Source: Sneathiella sp. (lineage in GTDB: Bacteria; Pseudomonadota; Alphaproteobacteria; Sneathiellales; Sneathiellaceae). From it: a stretch of 64,000 nucleotides of DNA. Shown here piece after piece: positions 34,588 through 43,398 of this stretch; within the stretch, counting starts at the first letter, position 1; each line of letters starts with the position of its first letter. A program made the position numbers and the translations under genes. Location of the stretch: contig JBDWHS010000002.1 in NCBI GenBank assembly GCA_039975135.1, positions 41,479 through 105,478 of the forward strand, given 5' to 3'. The notes under the pieces are model-generated. The model saw only the letters and a program-made list of their open reading frames with translations, was not told the DNA's origin and did not search any database.

Positions 34588-35435
34588 TTTCGACCTCCCA
34601 GAATGCCTTCAGGTCTGAGACGGATCACAAGAATTGCCAGAATAAAAACAGCGATTTGGGCAGCCACCGGAGAGATCCAGACAGTCAGCAGGCTGTTTGC
34701 GCCGCCGACAACGGACCCTCCAACAACAACGCCGGCAAGAGGGCCTGCACCGCCCACAAGGATGGATAGGAAGCCGGGGATCAGGTAGCCAAGCCCCATT
34801 TGCGGATCAACGCTGATCGTGGGCGCAATCAGGGCACCGGCGAGACCGGCGAGAGCCGTGCCGATCACAAAACTCCAACGATATAACCGGCGGGTATTGA
34901 TCCCAAGCGTTGCCGCTGTATCCGGTCTTGCGATAACAGCGCGGGCCTGCAAGCCAAAATCCGTCTTCAGGAAAATCCAGAAAGTACCGCCGATGAGCAG
35001 AAGGGCGGCGAGCATGACAAGCGTTCGGTAGAGAGGGTAGGAGAAATTACCGATCGTGATCATATCATTGATCGGGCTGGCAATGCTTTGAGATTCAGGG
35101 CCAAACAGGAGCACGATGCCTTGTTTCAAGGCGATGGAAAGGCCCCATGTGGCGAGGATGGTGTCCAGGGGGCGCAGATAGATGTGCCGTATGAGCAGCA
35201 CTTCAATCAATAGCCCGAGAAGCCCCACAATGGCAGGGGCGAGTATAAGTCCCGCGATGAAGGGCAAGCCTGCAGATTGACAGACGACCATCACATAGGC
35301 GCCGATCATGAACAGCTCTCCATGCGCCATGTTGATGACGCCCATCATGCCAAAGACAATCATCAGACCAAGTGCAATCAGGACCAGGATCAGGATGTAA
35401 GATGTCGCATCAATAAAAGGCAGTAGAATATCCAT
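34584..35435 (-). CDS. HAAT-family ABC permease, LivH-like
   Basis: 283-aa polytopic ORF in an operon with the two ATPases. Confidence 0.85.
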   Translation of the reverse strand: MDILLPFIDATSYILILVLIALGLMIVFGMMGVINMAHGELFMIGAYVMVVCQSAGLPFIAGLILAPAIVGLLGLLIEVLLIRHIYLRPLDTILATWGLSIALKQGIVLLFGPESQSIASPINDMITIGNFSYPLYRTLVMLAALLLIGGTFWIFLKTDFGLQARAVIARPDTAATLGINTRRLYRWSFVIGTALAGLAGALIAPTISVDPQMGLGYLIPGFLSILVGGAGPLAGVVVGGSVVGGANSLLTVWISPVAAQIAVFILAILVIRLRPEGILGGRK

Positions 35436-35443
35436 GTCGCCCC

Positions 35444-36145
35444 CTAAATGGATAAATAGCGATGCAATAGGGCATCATCGGGGCCAAGATCCTGCACAGC
35501 ACACATCTCCATCATTTTCCCATTTTCAATAAAGGCGATTTCATCGGCCATGGTTTTTACCATATCCACATTTTGCTCAACCAGCAGGATGGTTAGTCCG
35601 GTGTCTTTCGCAATGGTTGAGAGCTGAATGCCTATATCGTGAACAATACTGGGCTGTATCCCTTCAGTCGGCTCATCCAGCAGCAGGATTTTAGGCTTGG
35701 TGACAAGAGCACGGGCAATAGCGAGAATTTGTTGTTGGCCGCCTGAAAAAGTTCCGGCTTTTTGATCGCGGCGTTCTTTCAGGATCGGAAACCAGTCGAA
35801 AATTTGCGGCAGAATTTCGAGGTTTTTCAAGGAGGAGCCGAGGGCAGCAAGTTTGAGATTTTCATAGACCGTGAAATCTTCGAAAACCTCCCGCCCTTGC
35901 GGTACATAGCCAAGCCCGGCATGGGAACGCCGGTGCGTATCCAATCCTTGAAGAGAGCTGCCTTCCAGATTTATTCGGCCGGATATCGTTGGAATAAGCC
36001 CCATAATGGCCTTGAGTAAAGTCGTCTTGCCCATGCCATTGCGTCCCATCAAAGCAGTTACTTGCCCGGTTTTTATGGTTGCGGAAAAATTCTGCAGTAC
36101 CATGGCTTCCCCGTAACCGGCCGTAACGCTTTCGAAGTCAAGCAA
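35444..36145 (-). CDS. HAAT-family ABC ATPase, LivF-like
   Basis: Walker A GRNGMGKTT, signature FSGGQQQ, Walker B LLLDEP. Confidence 0.9.
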   Translation of the reverse strand: MLDFESVTAGYGEAMVLQNFSATIKTGQVTALMGRNGMGKTTLLKAIMGLIPTISGRINLEGSSLQGLDTHRRSHAGLGYVPQGREVFEDFTVYENLKLAALGSSLKNLEILPQIFDWFPILKERRDQKAGTFSGGQQQILAIARALVTKPKILLLDEPTEGIQPSIVHDIGIQLSTIAKDTGLTILLVEQNVDMVKTMADEIAFIENGKMMEMCAVQDLGPDDALLHRYLSI

Positions 36146-36875
36146 GAGAAACCTCCGTCCGCCCGAAATACAATTCCTGTACTTCAGGATCTTGTCGGAT
36201 GGTTGTAAAGGTTCCGGATTTGATGATTTTTCCTCTGGCCATCACACTCACCGGGCAGGCGAGCTGTTCGATAAAGCCAATATCATGTTCGATGACTAGA
36301 ATAGTCACGTCGCGGGCACTGATGATCCGCCGGATGAGTGTTGCCGTTGCCGCAGTTTCGCTGGCCGTCATACCGGCCGTCGGTTCATCCAGAAGAATGA
36401 GAGAGGGAGATTGAGCCAGGATCATACCGATCTCCAGCCATTGTTTTTCGCCATGGGCGAGAGAACCGGCGAGTTGCTCAGATTTGTCTGCCAGATGAAC
36501 GGTTGCCAGGATATCATCCTGCAGTGCCTTGTCTTGCCGAGGAGACAAAAATCGTTTTTTTTGCAGGGTCGGCACCAACAGGTTTTCACGAACGGTCAGC
36601 TCCGGAAAAATTGCCGGAACCTGAAATTTTCGTCCAACCCCCAATCTGGCTATTTTGTGAGCCGGTAAATCGGTAATTTCTATTCCGTTAAACAGGATCT
36701 CGCCGTTATCTGCCTTCAGCGCCCCAGTGATCAGGTTAAACAATGTGGATTTGCCGCAGCCATTGGGGCCAACAAGCGCTGTCAGGCTGCCTTTTTCGAG
36801 AGTAAGGGAAATATCGTCGGCCGCTTGCAAGCCACCGAATCTTTTCTGCAAGGAATGTATCTCAAGAAATGCCAT
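36138..36875 (-). CDS. HAAT-family ABC ATPase, LivG-like
   Basis: Walker A GPNGCGKST, signature LAHGEKQWLEI, Walker B LLDEPTAGM. Confidence 0.9.
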   Translation of the reverse strand: MAFLEIHSLQKRFGGLQAADDISLTLEKGSLTALVGPNGCGKSTLFNLITGALKADNGEILFNGIEITDLPAHKIARLGVGRKFQVPAIFPELTVRENLLVPTLQKKRFLSPRQDKALQDDILATVHLADKSEQLAGSLAHGEKQWLEIGMILAQSPSLILLDEPTAGMTASETAATATLIRRIISARDVTILVIEHDIGFIEQLACPVSVMARGKIIKSGTFTTIRQDPEVQELYFGRTEVSLA

Positions 36876-36944
36876 CTGATTTGATCATACTCATAAGTAT
36901 ACAGATAAAGACTTTGTGTAATTCATAAGTGAGCCTATGAATTC

Positions 36945-36960
36945 ATTGTTTGTATGCATA
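36945..36960. promoter_or_regulatory. Motif ATTGTTTGTATGCATA, a near-copy of the motif at 17550-17565
   Basis: 15/16 identical to ATTGTTTGTATACATA at the XDH-operon promoter. Contains the palindrome TATGCATA. Lies in the 253-bp divergent region between the ABC permease/ATPase operon and the binding-protein gene. Confidence 0.3.
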
Positions 36961-37128
36961 AGAAAGTGACTGATTTTTAAGCAGTATTCCTATTTTTTTT
37001 CAATTTTTGAGCTTGCTGACTTGAGTTGTCCTGCCTTTTAGACATAAAGAATGCCAGAACACTCTGGTCGTGTCTCATTTTTTATGAGAAGATATCATTT
37101 GTAAACGAATAATTTTCGGGGGTCGTCA

Positions 37129-38295
37129 ATGAGTAACATTTCACGCAGAAATTTTATCGGAGCCGCAAGCGCGCTCACTGCTGCTGCCGCATTTCCAATG
37201 CCTGCACTTGCCGCAAAAACCATTAAAATTGGAGCGGTACAGCCTTTCTCCGGCGGACTGGAGCTGTTTGGCAAACAAGCTCAGATGGGACTGGATCTGG
37301 CGGCATCAGAAATTAATGCTGCGGGCGGAATTCTGGGCCACAAGGTTGAGATGCTTTACGAAGATAACAAGACAGATCCTAAAACGTCCGTGGAGCGGGC
37401 GCGTAAAGTTATTCAGCGGGATGAAGTGATGGCGGTCTCTGGTCCGATCACGTCTGCGGCCCGAGATGCGATGGCCGGAACGATGAAGCGCCTGAAAACA
37501 CCGCTTCTTTACGCAACCAACTACGAAGGTGGTATCTGTGACCGATATCTGTTTTCATTTAACACAGTCCCCAATCAGGATACCGCACCTTTGATCCCGT
37601 ATTTGAAAGAAAAAGGGGTTGGGAACAGCTATTATATGTTCGGTGCCGATTATGTCTGGCCGCGTAACATGTTCAAGGCGGCGGATGCGATGATCAAAAC
37701 CGTGGGCGGTCAGATCAAGGGCGAAGAATATACGCCTTTTGGCGTGAAAGATTTCTCTTCGGTTATTCGAAAAATCGCCGATTCCGGTGCTGAAATCCTG
37801 CTCTTTGCGCTGCCCGGCGCGGATGGCATTACCTTTATCAAACAGGCTGAAGAATTTGGCTTGATGAAGAAAATGACTGTGGCGTTCCTCGGATTTGCGG
37901 AAACCTATCTCGGTGCCTTTGGTCCGGGTAAAGGCGAGGGCATGTATGCAGGCCTTCCTATGGTGGCCAATTCCAAGGAAGCTGGCGTGCAGGATTTTGT
38001 TGGTAAGATCCGTAAAAGAGAAGGCAACGATGCCGTTGTCTCCTTCTATGTGATGACCCATTATAATTCCTTGATGGCTGTCAAAGCCGGAATGGAAGCT
38101 GCCGGAAAAGTTGATAAAGAAGCCTTGATCGATGGTATGGCCGGACTGACCTTTGATATCCCGACAGGCAAAGCGATGATCACTGAGGCTGATCATCATG
38201 TCGCGATGAACATGTATATTGGTAAAACAGGCGGCGGAACCTTGAATGTTGAAAAGGCGCTCGGGTTAGTTAAACCTGACAGTCAATGTCGTTAA
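37129..38295 (+). CDS. Periplasmic binding protein, AmiC/urea-short-chain-amide type (type I PBP)
   Basis: Tat-like signal MSNISRRNFIGAASALTAAAAFPMPALAA. Motifs IKIGAVQPFSG and NYEGGICD are typical of the amide/urea-binding branch as I recall it. Confidence 0.75.
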   Translation: MSNISRRNFIGAASALTAAAAFPMPALAAKTIKIGAVQPFSGGLELFGKQAQMGLDLAASEINAAGGILGHKVEMLYEDNKTDPKTSVERARKVIQRDEVMAVSGPITSAARDAMAGTMKRLKTPLLYATNYEGGICDRYLFSFNTVPNQDTAPLIPYLKEKGVGNSYYMFGADYVWPRNMFKAADAMIKTVGGQIKGEEYTPFGVKDFSSVIRKIADSGAEILLFALPGADGITFIKQAEEFGLMKKMTVAFLGFAETYLGAFGPGKGEGMYAGLPMVANSKEAGVQDFVGKIRKREGNDAVVSFYVMTHYNSLMAVKAGMEAAGKVDKEALIDGMAGLTFDIPTGKAMITEADHHVAMNMYIGKTGGGTLNVEKALGLVKPDSQCR

Positions 38296-38320
38296 TAGCT
38301 GCTTGAGAGAAGGATGATCG

Positions 38321-39052
38321 ATGGCACACACTGATCTTACATCAGCCTTGGCCAGAGAAATGCCTCTATCCATGGCAAGCCTCAATCTGTCGTCACTGAA
38401 CGGGCAGGCCGGGTTGATCATTGTGGATGAGGTCAATGGTTTTGCGACCGTCGGTGCGGGCAATCTTGCGCCGCCGGTCCCGAACGATCAGGTCTCCACC
38501 ATGGTTTCTGAAACAGATCGTCTCGCTAAAGGGTTTTCGGGGCAGGGGTGGCCCATCCTCGCATTTCTCGATACACATGAGCCAGGTAAGGCCGAGCCGC
38601 CTTATCCACCACATTGTGAAGCGGGCACCGGCGAAGAAGAGCTGGTGCCTGAACTTAAATGGCTGGAGGCAGATTCTCATACAACACTGGTGCGTAAAGA
38701 TTGTATCAACGGATTTATTGGGGCTTTCGATAAGGCGGGCCAGAACGCTGTGGTTAACTGGGTCCGGGACAACAAAATAACGGATCTACTGGTTGTCGGA
38801 ATTTGTACGGATATTTGTGTTATGGATTTCGTTCTCACATCCTTGAGTGCGCGAAATCATGATATGATGCAGGGGCTGGTCAATATTCATGTTTATGACA
38901 AAGGCTGCTCAACCTACGATCTGTCCAAGGAAACGGCTTTGGAAGTTGGCCTTCCAGAGACCGCTGCGCATCCTCAGAATATCACCCATTATATGGGGCT
39001 GTATTTCATGGCCTCTCGTGGTGCTAATCTTGTGGGAGAGGTTCACCTGTAG
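38321..39052 (+). CDS. Isochorismatase-family cysteine hydrolase, nicotinamidase (PncA)-like
   Basis: Aligns by eye with E. coli PncA motifs: IIVDEVNGF (catalytic Asp), LDTHEP..PPHCEAGTGEE (metal-binding Asp/His and WPxHC-like), VRKD (Lys), VVGICTDICV (nucleophile Cys). Confidence 0.65.
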   Translation: MAHTDLTSALAREMPLSMASLNLSSLNGQAGLIIVDEVNGFATVGAGNLAPPVPNDQVSTMVSETDRLAKGFSGQGWPILAFLDTHEPGKAEPPYPPHCEAGTGEEELVPELKWLEADSHTTLVRKDCINGFIGAFDKAGQNAVVNWVRDNKITDLLVVGICTDICVMDFVLTSLSARNHDMMQGLVNIHVYDKGCSTYDLSKETALEVGLPETAAHPQNITHYMGLYFMASRGANLVGEVHL

Positions 39053-39170
39053 ATTGTCTTCTGTATGAGTTTACAGCCTAAACTCTACTCCATTTACATT
39101 GTTATATTAGAAAATGTAACGTTTGCTCAAGAAATCGTTGATATTTTCCTCTTAAGAGGAGAATCAGACC

Positions 39171-40025
39171 ATGAACAGAATTGCTTCAATACTATGCTGT
39201 ACCTTGCTTATTTGCAGCGTTACCATCAGTCAACCTGGTGAAAGTCAGGCTGCTTCGGGAGAGAAATTGACGGTTGGGGTCGTCCCGCAACAGTCTGCTA
39301 CGCGGTTGGCGAAAATATGGGTGCCGTTTTTGCAGGAAATCAGCAAAATGTCAGGCCACCAGCTTGTATTTGCAACAGCAAAGGATATTCCCGCGTTTGA
39401 AGCCTGTTTGGCGCAAGGAGCCTACGATATTGCCTATATGAACCCGTATCATTATACGGAATTTCATGACGCTGTTGGCTATGAGGCTTTTGCCAGACAA
39501 GAAAAAAAGCGCCTCAAGGGCATTATTGTTGCCCGTCATGATTCAGATTTAACCGAATTAGCAGGTCTTGATGGTGCGACAGTCGCCTTTCCCTCGCCAG
39601 CTGCCTTTGGGGCCAGTGTTGTGCCGCGAGCAGAAATGAAGGGGCAGGGCATTAGCATTACTCCCCGCTACGTAAAATCTCACGACTCAGTGTATCGGGC
39701 CGTCAGTGCAGGATTGGTGCCTGCAGGAGGCGGTGTATTGCGTACCTTTAACACGGTTGATCCGAAAATACGGGAGCAGCTTAAAGTGATTTATCGCACG
39801 GAAGGCTATACTCCCCACGCCTTTGCTGCCCATCCTAACGTGCCTCAAGACACGGTGCAGAGCGTTTTTGTAGCTATGGCTGCCCTGAATAAAGAGGTTT
39901 TAAAAGCTCTTGGTATGAGCGGTATTGAACAGGGCCGTAATACCGATTGGGATGATGTACGTGCTTTGGGGCTTGAACGATCCCACACTCGTATTGTCAA
40001 GGATGGGACTGTGAAGTGTCGATGA
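39171..40025 (+). CDS. PhnD-like (phosphonate/phosphite-binding family) periplasmic binding protein, not linked to any ABC permease or ATPase
   Basis: Signal peptide MNRIASILCCTLLICSVTISQPGESQAA. Family-like segments LTVGVVPQQSA, YDIAYMNPYHY, VAFPSPAAFGASV. Its stop lies 1 nt before the kinase start. Confidence 0.7.
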   Translation: MNRIASILCCTLLICSVTISQPGESQAASGEKLTVGVVPQQSATRLAKIWVPFLQEISKMSGHQLVFATAKDIPAFEACLAQGAYDIAYMNPYHYTEFHDAVGYEAFARQEKKRLKGIIVARHDSDLTELAGLDGATVAFPSPAAFGASVVPRAEMKGQGISITPRYVKSHDSVYRAVSAGLVPAGGGVLRTFNTVDPKIREQLKVIYRTEGYTPHAFAAHPNVPQDTVQSVFVAMAALNKEVLKALGMSGIEQGRNTDWDDVRALGLERSHTRIVKDGTVKCR

Positions 40026-40026
40026 A

Positions 40027-41952
40027 ATGTCGTTTCGACTAAAAACGATACTTGGCATTGCGCTGATCGAAATCATCCTGTTGGCTGTTTTGATCATCAG
40101 TGGGCTGTTTTACCTGCGCAGTTCCAGTGAAACGGAACTGCTGACACGGGGCCATGTAACAGCCAAATTGTTTGCTACCATGACAGGAGATGCTGTGCTG
40201 TCGATGGATCTTGCAACTCTTGATTCTTTGGTTGAGCAGACCCTGCTAAATGACGGCATTGTTTATGTCCGGGTACGGGGGCAGGGCGATATTGTAATGT
40301 CGGAAAATGGCAATGCCAGCGTTCTTGCGCAGCCTTTTAAAGAGGATACCAGCATTGACACGGCACGCAGTGACAGGCGGCTTGATGTTACCGCTCCCAT
40401 TATCGTGGCTGGAGAAAATTTCGGACAGGTTGAAATTGGCCTTTCCATCGACAGACTGGAAAAAACCCTGTCTGAGGCTCAGCAATGGATGTTGACTATC
40501 GCAGGCTCTGAAATCGGCCTTGTGGCAATTTTTGGTATGATTTTGGGCACTGTGCTGACACGTCAACTGGCAGCCCTCAGAAAAGCGGCAAAACGTGTGG
40601 CGGCAGGTGAATTTGGCTATCAGCTCGAAGTGCGAGGAAAGGACGAACTGGCAGATACGAGTAAAAGTTTCAACAGTATGTCCCGTTCTCTGGCTGATTT
40701 TGCCAAAGAAGCAGAAGAGGCCAGGCAGAAAGCGGAAGCCGGTAGGGCATATGCTGAGACGGTGCTGCATGATGCTCTACATTCCATGCCGGAAGGGGTT
40801 CTGATCGTTAATCATGAAAACCATGTCACCTTTGTAAATGGCAGTTATAAAAAGCGTTACTTCGATGTACGAGAGGGTATGGATGAGGAACCCCGGCTTG
40901 AAGAATTGGCAAAAGCCACTTTGGCATCGTTTATCGAAATAGATGGTGACTATCAGCCCTTTACCATCGATCAACGTATGGGCTTCCACGTCGATCCTGA
41001 AAAACATCCAGTCTGGCGCAGCAAGCTGTTAGATGGCCGGGTTATGTTAACGACTCAGCGGCGTATGTCTGGCGGCGGAGCGGTCATTGTTGAGCACGAT
41101 ATCACAGAATTGTTTGAGGCACTGGAACGCAATCGCGATCTTGAAATGGAGTTGATGCAGACCAACAAGATGGAATCGCTCGGCACTATGGCCGGCGGTA
41201 TCGCGCATGAGATCAACACGCCACTTCAGTTTATTGCTGATAATCTGCGCTTTATGCAGGAGGCCTTTGATGAACTGTCAGATGTGATAGCGATTATCGG
41301 AAAAGACGAAAAAGATGCCCTAAAGCAGGCGATAGACAAGCTGGATGATATGGATTGGGAATTCTTAAGCGAAGAATTGCTCTCATCCTTCACTGATACG
41401 CGGGCAGGTGTGAAGAATGTCGGGCGCATTGTCAATTCTATCAAAGAATTTGCTCATCCTGAAGGGGGGAGTAAATCTGCGCAGGATGTCAGCAACATTA
41501 TTGAAAACACAATTACTGTATCAAAAAACCAGTGGAACACGTTTGCAAATGTAGATTATCAGGTTGAGAACGGGCTTGATGCTGTACCTTGCTTTCCTGG
41601 CAAGTTGGGGCAGGTTTTAATTAATCTTGTTGTCAATGCCGCGCAGGCTATTGGGGAACAACAGCGAGATGGCAAAGGTCAAATCACTCTAACCGCTCGT
41701 CCTGTGGAGGGGGCGGCTGAAATTGTAGTCAGGGATGACGGCCCCGGTATACCGGTTGATAAAATTGACAAGGTTTTTGACATGTTTTTCACCACAAAAG
41801 CCCCCGGCGCAGGCACTGGGCAGGGTTTGGCGATTTGCAAAAGTATTATTGAAAACACCCATGGCGGCAAATTGGCAGTTGAGTCCATAGAAGGACAGGG
41901 TACAGCTTTTATCATAACTCTACCAATGGATGCGGAAATAGTTGAGGCTTAG
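40027..41952 (+). CDS. Sensor histidine kinase (2 TM, periplasmic domain, HAMP, PAS-like, HisKA, HATPase); no receiver domain and no adjacent response regulator
   Basis: TM1 residues about 7-28 and TM2 about 159-178. HAMP after TM2. H-box GIAHEINTPLQFI. ATPase boxes RDDGPGIP and GTGQGLAICK. Confidence 0.85.
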   Translation: MSFRLKTILGIALIEIILLAVLIISGLFYLRSSSETELLTRGHVTAKLFATMTGDAVLSMDLATLDSLVEQTLLNDGIVYVRVRGQGDIVMSENGNASVLAQPFKEDTSIDTARSDRRLDVTAPIIVAGENFGQVEIGLSIDRLEKTLSEAQQWMLTIAGSEIGLVAIFGMILGTVLTRQLAALRKAAKRVAAGEFGYQLEVRGKDELADTSKSFNSMSRSLADFAKEAEEARQKAEAGRAYAETVLHDALHSMPEGVLIVNHENHVTFVNGSYKKRYFDVREGMDEEPRLEELAKATLASFIEIDGDYQPFTIDQRMGFHVDPEKHPVWRSKLLDGRVMLTTQRRMSGGGAVIVEHDITELFEALERNRDLEMELMQTNKMESLGTMAGGIAHEINTPLQFIADNLRFMQEAFDELSDVIAIIGKDEKDALKQAIDKLDDMDWEFLSEELLSSFTDTRAGVKNVGRIVNSIKEFAHPEGGSKSAQDVSNIIENTITVSKNQWNTFANVDYQVENGLDAVPCFPGKLGQVLINLVVNAAQAIGEQQRDGKGQITLTARPVEGAAEIVVRDDGPGIPVDKIDKVFDMFFTTKAPGAGTGQGLAICKSIIENTHGGKLAVESIEGQGTAFIITLPMDAEIVEA

Positions 41953-42148
41953 TGGACTATTAGGCCCCGGTATCGGGTTTAATTATGCATAAGTAGAAAT
42001 TATCAAAATGATTATTAATATCGATTTGATTTATTGACTGGTAGTTTCCATACTCCTCACAATTCTGAAACACAGAAGCTTTAATCTCAAGTGCTTTTCC
42101 GGTGAAAAGTAAGCGAGATATAGTGTGATAAAAGTAAAGGACGTATTG

Positions 42149-43387
42149 ATGCCGAACTCCCCGATTTCCGTGAATGATCGGGCTTATGCCTGGCCAAAAC
42201 AGCCTGTTGTTGTTGTCTGTATCGACGGGAGCGAGCCTGCTTATATTGAGCAGGCGATCAAGGATGGAGTCATGCCTTACATGGCAAAGGCACTGGCGTC
42301 GGGTGCCGACTTGCGAGCTGATTGTGTCGTGCCGAGTTTCACCAACCCTAACAATCTGTCCATTGTAACGGGGCAGCCTCCGAAGGTTCACGGAATTTGC
42401 GGCAACTATTTTTATGATCGCGATGCTGACGCCGAAGTGATGATGAATGATCCCAAATTTTTGCGGGTCCCAACCATCTTCAAGGCTTTCTTTGACGAAG
42501 GTGCCAAAATCGCCGTTGTGACAGCCAAGGATAAATTGCGGACGCTTCTGGGCAACGGGCTGGATGTTACCAGTGGCCGGGCAATTTGCTTCTCATCCGA
42601 AAAATCAGCAGAAACGACTATGGCGGAAAATGGTATAGACAATGCCTCTGAATGGATCGGACGGGAAGTTCCATCGGTTTATTCTGCAGAATTGAGTGAA
42701 TTTATTTTCGCCTGCGGCGTGAAGTTGATGGATGAGTATAAACCAGACCTTATGTATCTCTCCACGACCGATTATATTCAGCATAAACATGCACCGGGAA
42801 CACCGGTTGCCAATGAATTCTATGCAATGCTGGACAAATATATGGCGGAGCTGGATGCGCGCGGCGCCGTTATCGCCCTCACCGCGGATCACGGTATGAA
42901 AGCCAAGCACACTGATGCCGGTGAGCCGGATGTGATTTTCCTGCAGGATGTTCTGGATGGCTGGCTGGGCAAGGGCGCGGCACGCGTCATTCTGCCGATC
43001 ACTGATCCTTATGTGGTTCATCATGGTGCGTTAGGATCTTTTGCAACGGCCTACCTTCCTGAAGAGAACCGGGATGAGATTATCGAGCGGCTTAAAGGCC
43101 TGGACGGGATCATGGAAAGCCTGTCTCGCGAAGAAGGTTGTGCCAAATTTGAGCTTCCCGAAGACCGCACGGGAGATGTTATTCTGGTATCTACAGCCCA
43201 TAAGGTGTTGGGCACCAGCGCGGACCGCCATGATTTGAGTGCTTTGAAAGAGCCGCTTCGCTCTCATGGCGGTATTTCGGAACAAAGGGTTCCGCTTTTG
43301 TGTAACCGCCCGGTGAACGGCCTGGATGAAAGTCGGGCATTGCGGAATTTCGATATCTTCGATCTTGCCCTCAATCACGCGCAGTAA
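42149..43387 (+). CDS. phnA: Phosphonoacetate hydrolase (alkaline-phosphatase superfamily)
   Basis: ATG 42149 is preceded by AAGGA. N-terminal [25 protein letters not shown] and LTADHGM metal-site motifs. 412 aa. Adjacent to phnY. Confidence 0.8.
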   Translation: MPNSPISVNDRAYAWPKQPVVVVCIDGSEPAYIEQAIKDGVMPYMAKALASGADLRADCVVPSFTNPNNLSIVTGQPPKVHGICGNYFYDRDADAEVMMNDPKFLRVPTIFKAFFDEGAKIAVVTAKDKLRTLLGNGLDVTSGRAICFSSEKSAETTMAENGIDNASEWIGREVPSVYSAELSEFIFACGVKLMDEYKPDLMYLSTTDYIQHKHAPGTPVANEFYAMLDKYMAELDARGAVIALTADHGMKAKHTDAGEPDVIFLQDVLDGWLGKGAARVILPITDPYVVHHGALGSFATAYLPEENRDEIIERLKGLDGIMESLSREEGCAKFELPEDRTGDVILVSTAHKVLGTSADRHDLSALKEPLRSHGGISEQRVPLLCNRPVNGLDESRALRNFDIFDLALNHAQ

Positions 43388-43398
43388 GGAGCAGACCC

